Assembly: GCA_051382335.1 (NCBI GenBank)
Contig: JBBCAX010000084.1
Location: 1 to 64,000 of the forward strand
Reading direction: 5' to 3'
Length of the DNA stretch: 64,000 bases
DNA from: Deltaproteobacteria bacterium TL4
GTDB lineage: Bacteria; SAR324; NAC60-12
The position numbers and the translations under genes were made by a program. Below the pieces are notes generated by a model that searched no databases, was not told where the DNA came from, and saw nothing but the letters and a program-made list of their open reading frames with translations. Of the stretch, positions 59,037 to 64,000 are shown one piece after another. How positions within the stretch are numbered: the first letter of the stretch is position 1; every line of letters starts with the position of its first letter.

Positions 59037-60017
59037 CTAAGACAACTTATCCTTGACGGCTTCTCGCTCCCATACAAGTTCTTCTTTGGTCGCTTGAATT
59101 TTTTGTTGTGCGAATTCATTGTGTTTCACGTCTTGTACGATTTGGTATTGCTTGCCATCGCTGCGAAGTGGATAACCGAAAATCAGTCCCTCTGGAATAC
59201 CATAACTTCCGTCACTAGGAACTGCCGCGCTGAACGAGTCTCCTTTGGGTGTAGGCGTAGTCAAATGTGTGATGGTATCCAAGCAGGCATTTGCGGCAGA
59301 AGCTGCGGAGGAGGCACCTCGGGCTTCGATGATCGCGGCACCTCTGTTTTGGACTGTTTTAATAAAATCGCCCTGAAGCCACGCTGTATCGGTAATGACT
59401 TTAGCTGCGGACTTCCCGTTGATTTGGGCATTATAAAAATCAGGGTATTGAGTGGAGCTATGATTTCCCCAAATGGTCATATTGGTAACGCTTTTACTAT
59501 GAACACCTGCTTTGGCGGCTAACTGACTTTTAGCACGATTCTCGTCCAAAGCGGTCATCGCAAACCATCGGTTCCTAGGGATACGAGGCGCATGACTCAT
59601 CGCAATCAAACAGTTGGTATTGCATGGGTTTCCAACCACAATCACACGTGCATCATCTGCCGCATTCTCATTAATGGCTTTTCCCTGAACTGTAAAAATA
59701 CCCCCATTGATTGAGAGCAAGTCATTACGTTCCATTCCCTTTTTACGAGGAACACTTCCTACCAAGAGACACCAGTTCGCGTCTTTGACGCCTACATTGA
59801 TGTCAGAAGTAAGCGTTATGCTTTTGAGTTGAGGAAACGCGCAATCATTCAATTCCATGGCCACTCCGTTTAACGCGCCCATGGCTTGTTCCAATTCAAT
59901 CAACTGCAACTCAACTTGGGTGTCCGGACCAAAAACAGCGCCAGAACCCAAGCGAAAAATCATTGCGTATCCTATTTGTCCTGCAGCACCGGTGACTGCC
60001 ACTTTTACAGTTTTCAT
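59037..60017 (-). CDS. mdh: Malate dehydrogenase (type 2)
   Basis: [33 protein letters not shown]. Confidence 0.97.
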   Translation of the reverse strand: MKTVKVAVTGAAGQIGYAMIFRLGSGAVFGPDTQVELQLIELEQAMGALNGVAMELNDCAFPQLKSITLTSDINVGVKDANWCLLVGSVPRKKGMERNDLLSINGGIFTVQGKAINENAADDARVIVVGNPCNTNCLIAMSHAPRIPRNRWFAMTALDENRAKSQLAAKAGVHSKSVTNMTIWGNHSSTQYPDFYNAQINGKSAAKVITDTAWLQGDFIKTVQNRGAAIIEARGASSAASAANACLDTITHLTTPTPKGDSFSAAVPSDGSYGIPEGLIFGYPLRSDGKQYQIVQDVKHNEFAQQKIQATKEELVWEREAVKDKLS

Positions 60018-60643
60018 AAGACTCCTTTAAATTAAACTAAGGTGATACTGAACTGCTCTTATAACTTGAGTTTCTATTTGACGACCCTTCTTAAAACCGG
60101 AACGGTATATTAAGGTAGCCCGGGTAACCCACTCAAGTTGAACCGGGTGTGATTCAAAACTACTTACATTTGCTTGACAGGAGCGCAACCGAAGCTGGAT
60201 TTATTTTCGTTGCTTGCCTATTCCTTCTAAAAAACGCCTGGATCATAAGTATTCTGTCACAAAAGAGCAATAATAATGGAAATAACAAATTTGCCATTAA
60301 AAAACAAGCAACGCTACTCCAATGAAGTCTTATGAACAAGTCATTTTGAACAGTTTTTTGCAAAGATTCTTAAAAAAACAAGGTTTCTACTTCGATCTGG
60401 TACTATTTTGAGGTTATCCCTTAATACGCTTATTTTATTAAGCATTATGACCTTAAGGGCCTTATTTGAGGAGCTTTAATTGATTTCTGAAGTCTTGGAA
60501 ATAAGAAGTGTCTTGCAGGACATTAAGTTAAGAGGTATAACTCCACCGTTCATTAGACGTCGCTATTAATCCGTCGTACCAACTTGAAAGTGGTGCGGGT
60601 GTGGTATCTATATTAATACATTGAACACCTAAAAATTTAATTT

Positions 60644-60835
60644 TATAGACGTTCATTTAAATAAATTCATTTGAGTCTAACCCGACTGTGGAGTGCCAAA
60701 GCTTGCTTTGGCCAAATCCAAAGAAAGGCCTTCGCCTTTCTGGCCAAAGCAAGCTTTGGCACTCCTGAAACAGTGTTGTTTAAACGGATCTCGCAATAGG
60801 ATGGTTTTCTGAATTTATTTAAATGAACATCTATA
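60644..60835. mobile_element. ~190-bp MITE with 26-bp TIRs (TA-flanked) enclosing a GGAG-REP doublet
   Basis: TATAGACGTTCATTTAAATAAATTCA ... TGAATTTATTTAAATGAACATCTATA (1 mismatch); internal perfect 25-bp IR at 60690-60714 / 60741-60765. Confidence 0.85.
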
Positions 60836-60960
60836 GTTCAACAAAATGTAACGGGTCAATCGAGGAAACACACGAAAAGCATTAAAATGAATAGCGACAA
60901 TAGACGTTAAAATTTAGGAGGTTGTTGAGATTTTGGATTTGGCGCAAAGATAAATTATTC

Positions 60961-61040
60961 GCTCATATACGTTTTGAAGTAAGGCCTCCGAATTGAAATC
61001 AAAGCCAGAAAGAAGGCCTTCACCTCAAAACGAATGGGGC
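60961..61040. other. Long imperfect hairpin
   Basis: CGTTTTGAAGTAAGGCCT ... AGGCCTTCACCTCAAAACG with a ~26-nt loop. Confidence 0.6.
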
Positions 61041-61185
61041 GCGGTTTTTAGGAACCGGATCAAGGTTCCCAATGTAGCTAGTCTGAAAAGGTACTAAGGG
61101 GTCAGAATATTCAATTAAAAATGAATAAAACAAGTTAGTATTTTTTGCTGAAGCTGCTTTTTTTAACCAATAGTGAGATTACTAT

Positions 61186-61404
61186 ATGAGTGCAGTTTCC
61201 ATGGATCGTATCTTCAAGGATATCAATAGATATCAGCGAGAATGGCAAAGTTATAAGAAGAGCTTATTTGCCGTTGATTTAGGGTGGATCCAGCGCAATT
61301 ACGCGGAAGCTCCCAATGAAGAAACGAAACAGGTAATGGCAACGAGAGCGCATTATTATCATCGTTTGGTCGAAGGTTTTGAATTTCTCGCAGAAGTAAG
61401 TTAG
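61186..61404 (+). CDS. Hypothetical small protein (72 aa)
   Basis: Helical-looking ORF in an AT-rich gap, convergent with the ParB-like gene. Confidence 0.6.
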   Translation: MSAVSMDRIFKDINRYQREWQSYKKSLFAVDLGWIQRNYAEAPNEETKQVMATRAHYYHRLVEGFEFLAEVS

Positions 61405-61439
61405 CCGTTCAGGAACGGATCACGCCAGCAAGCAGGGGT

Positions 61440-62228
61440 CTACACCATCACCGCTTCGTTCAGAAGTTCAACCAACTCCGACAGTGCTCCTTTGGAAAAG
61501 TTTCCAATAATCAGTTCCGATGTTGCTTTTGCGTCGTCTATGGGAACTTTGAAATATTTATGACGTTTCATTTTTTCTTCACGCTCTTCTTCGTCAAACT
61601 GTACCAGCCCTTTCAGTTCAGCTTCTTCCAAGGCTTTTTGAATGCTGCGTTTATTGAGCGTATGACGTAGCTCCTTTGCTTCCGCCTCCTTGCCTTCAGC
61701 TTCTAACTGATCAATGGCATCAATAACTTTCTCTGAACGTTCTGCCGTTTTACGTCTCATTTTTAATTTTGAGGCTGCGATTTCCTTGAGTTCCTCTTCG
61801 ACTTCCAGGCTGAGATCTTCCCGGTTATGATTGGGCTCAGATTCTGGGGGCTGAGCGTCTCGAATTGCCTGTTGATTGATTCTGGCTTTTTCTTCTTCAA
61901 TTCGCTTCAACTCCTTAAATTCTCTGGCTTTTTCTTCATTGGTTTTTTCCCGCTGACGATTAGACTCAATCACAAACTCTCTAATGTCCAGGTCATCGGA
62001 AATGGCACAAACCGATACGGGAACTTTCGTCATCCCAAGTTCCTTTGCGGCAATGTAGCGAGAGTGACCACTAATGATCAATCCCTCCCTGGTGACAATA
62101 ATGGGGTTAAGGATTCCTTTTTTGCGGATACTTTCCAGCAACTCCTGATTCAGCGTTCCATCATAAATGGCATAATTTAAAGGATGGGGGGATAATTCTT
62201 CAATACTTTTTTCCATGGAGCTTCTCAT
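61440..62228 (-). CDS. ParB/Srx N-terminal domain protein (orphan ParB-like)
   Basis: L.PHPLN, LLESIRKKGILNPIIV, IISGHSR, ESNRQR, possible HTH near EIAASKLKM. Confidence 0.85.
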   Translation of the reverse strand: MRSSMEKSIEELSPHPLNYAIYDGTLNQELLESIRKKGILNPIIVTREGLIISGHSRYIAAKELGMTKVPVSVCAISDDLDIREFVIESNRQREKTNEEKAREFKELKRIEEEKARINQQAIRDAQPPESEPNHNREDLSLEVEEELKEIAASKLKMRRKTAERSEKVIDAIDQLEAEGKEAEAKELRHTLNKRSIQKALEEAELKGLVQFDEEEREEKMKRHKYFKVPIDDAKATSELIIGNFSKGALSELVELLNEAVMV

Positions 62229-62280
62229 AATGTAATGGGGTTAAGATTCACCGGAGTGAGTTGGCTTTGGGTTACAAACG

Positions 62281-64000
62281 TTATAACAAATGATAAGGAT
62301 CGATATCAACACTGATCCGGTCCTGGGCTCTCAGCATAAAGGGATCCGGTCCTGACAAGGCGTGATTGAGAACCTGGTGTAAATATTTTACATGGCTTGC
62401 TTTCAAGAGGATCATCCAGCGAAAACGGTTTTTGATCCGTTTGATGGGTGCTTCCACAGGCCCCAAACAAGTGATGGGGAGGTTGGATGCCGTTTTGAGA
62501 TTGTCAAAAAATTGGTGTGCTAAGCCTTCCGCTCGAAGTTCCTGGTCACTACTAAAGATCAATGAAGCCAGGTTTAAGTAGGGGGGCCATTTTAATTGGT
62601 TTCGCATTTCCAATTCAGCGTCACGAAACCCGACAAAATCGTGCTTGTAAGCGCATTGCAAACTATGGTGCTCCGGGTTGTAGGTTTGAATCAGCACTTC
62701 GCCCGGTTTGCTTCCTCTTCCAGCTCTTCCTGTCACTTGAGTAATCAATTGGTAAGTTCGTTCCGCGGCTCGGAAATCAGGAATATTTAAGGAGATATCC
62801 GCAAGGATGACACCCACAAACGTGATATTGGGGAAGTCATGTCCTTTGGTGACCAGTTGGGTACCAATGATAATGTCAACCTTATGCTCTTTTATTTTCT
62901 GTAACATCCTCGAAAGAGCGTGTTTTCCATGTAAGGTGTCTCGATCCATTCTCAGTAGACGCGCTTCAGGGAACATCTCTTTCAACTCTTTTTCAACCTG
63001 TTCTGTTCCAACCCCCAAGATTTTGAGCGGTTTTTTGGACCCACAGTGCACGCATGTTTGGGGCATCGGTGTTTGATAATCGCACTGGTGACATTTCAAC
63101 ATACTCACACTTTGATGAAACACCAGACTCAGACTACAATTTTTACAGGTTATGATTTCTTCACAAACTTCACATTGGGCAAGACTGGCGTATCCGCGGC
63201 GGTTTAAAAAAACGATGCTCTGTTCTTTTTGAAGTAGACGCTTTCTTAAGGCCTCCACCAGAGGTTTGGTGAATAAAGCTTTTCCTTTTTGACGTGGAAC
63301 TTGTTTCAGATTGAGTAATTTCACTTCAGGCATTGTCGCCTGCATCACCCGTTTGGGAAGCAACAGTTGTGTGAATTTTCCTTTTTGAATGTTATGACAG
63401 GCTTCCAGGGAGGGCGTCGCCGATCCTAACACGACTGTGGCTTTGGCGGTATATCCCCGATAGACCGCGATATCCCTTCCCTGGTAACGAGGCGTTTCTT
63501 CCTGTTTGTAGGAAGAGTCATGTTCTTCATCCACAACAATGAGTCCAATATTTTCTAAAGGAGCAAAGATCGCGCTACGTGCTCCTACTACGATGGGGGC
63601 GTCACCTTGATGGATTTTAGTCCACTCGTCAAAACGCTCACCATCGTCCATTCCGCTATGTAAAACCGCCACTTGATCGCCGAAACGTGAACGGAAATGA
63701 TTTACCAGTTGAGGCGTTAGCGCAATTTCTGGAACCAGAATCAGACTGGTTTTTCCCTGTTCCAGGGCTGCGCGGACGGCATGTAAATAAACTTCTGTTT
63801 TTCCACTTCCTGTCACTCCATTCAATAAAAACGTCTGATATTGTCCCTGTTGTAATGATTGATTAATCGCGTCATAGGCGCTTTCCTGTTCGGGGGATAA
63901 CTGCTGAAAGGGGATGATCTCTGGCAACGTTCCGTCAAGAAATCGTCGATAGATCCTTTTTTGAAATATTTCAGCATAGCCTTCGTCACACAATTGACGT
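62281..64000 (-). CDS. priA: Primosomal protein N' (partial, 5' end outside window)
   Basis: GVTGSGKT, DEEH, SATPS, four CxxC pairs, Q..GRAGR. Confidence 0.97.
   Translation of the reverse strand, partial: RQLCDEGYAEIFQKRIYRRFLDGTLPEIIPFQQLSPEQESAYDAINQSLQQGQYQTFLLNGVTGSGKTEVYLHAVRAALEQGKTSLILVPEIALTPQLVNHFRSRFGDQVAVLHSGMDDGERFDEWTKIHQGDAPIVVGARSAIFAPLENIGLIVVDEEHDSSYKQEETPRYQGRDIAVYRGYTAKATVVLGSATPSLEACHNIQKGKFTQLLLPKRVMQATMPEVKLLNLKQVPRQKGKALFTKPLVEALRKRLLQKEQSIVFLNRRGYASLAQCEVCEEIITCKNCSLSLVFHQSVSMLKCHQCDYQTPMPQTCVHCGSKKPLKILGVGTEQVEKELKEMFPEARLLRMDRDTLHGKHALSRMLQKIKEHKVDIIIGTQLVTKGHDFPNITFVGVILADISLNIPDFRAAERTYQLITQVTGRAGRGSKPGEVLIQTYNPEHHSLQCAYKHDFVGFRDAELEMRNQLKWPPYLNLASLIFSSDQELRAEGLAHQFFDNLKTASNLPITCLGPVEAPIKRIKNRFRWMILLKASHVKYLHQVLNHALSGPDPFMLRAQDRISVDIDPYHLL

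Noticed and set aside
60063..60139. 9-bp inverted repeat upstream of mdh as a riboswitch
   Set aside because: No recognisable aptamer; could be chance
60570..60598. TCCGTCGTACCAACTTGAAAGTGGTGCGG resembles a tracrRNA 3' region or T-box stem
   Set aside because: Short match only; no anti-repeat, Cas9/IscB/TnpB gene or T-box motif nearby
60018..61185. Possible replication origin in the AT-rich gap near ParB-like/priA
   Set aside because: No cluster of DnaA boxes (TTATCCACA) or iterons seen

Overview
Chromosomal window from a Gram-negative bacterium. The gene style suggests a deltaproteobacterium, possibly SAR324-like; this is inference. It is mostly housekeeping genes: gpsA, bamA, lolD, PPi-type pfk, leuCD, glpK, ugd, gpmI, mrp, macAB-like, sucCD, mdh and partial priA. 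These are interspersed with signalling genes, three toxin-antitoxin loci (one toxin is a pseudogene), gene remnants and many non-coding palindromic elements. Highlights: (1) an MMPL/RND + LolA-like carrier + outer-membrane barrel + ECF sigma + zinc anti-sigma locus, whose sigma/anti-sigma gap holds an ECF-type promoter and a structured RNA with anti-SD-like loops; (2) a non-coding 138-bp-period multi-hairpin array interrupted by an ISAs1-family transposase end; (3) a DUF2322-DapD fusion; (4) tandem cyclophilin-parvulin foldases, one degenerate and carrying three 67-aa repeats; (5) two MITEs that each enclose a REP doublet; (6) an orphan ParB-like protein downstream of priA. No tRNA, rRNA or true CRISPR array was recognised. 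All family assignments are from motif recognition by eye, not database searches.
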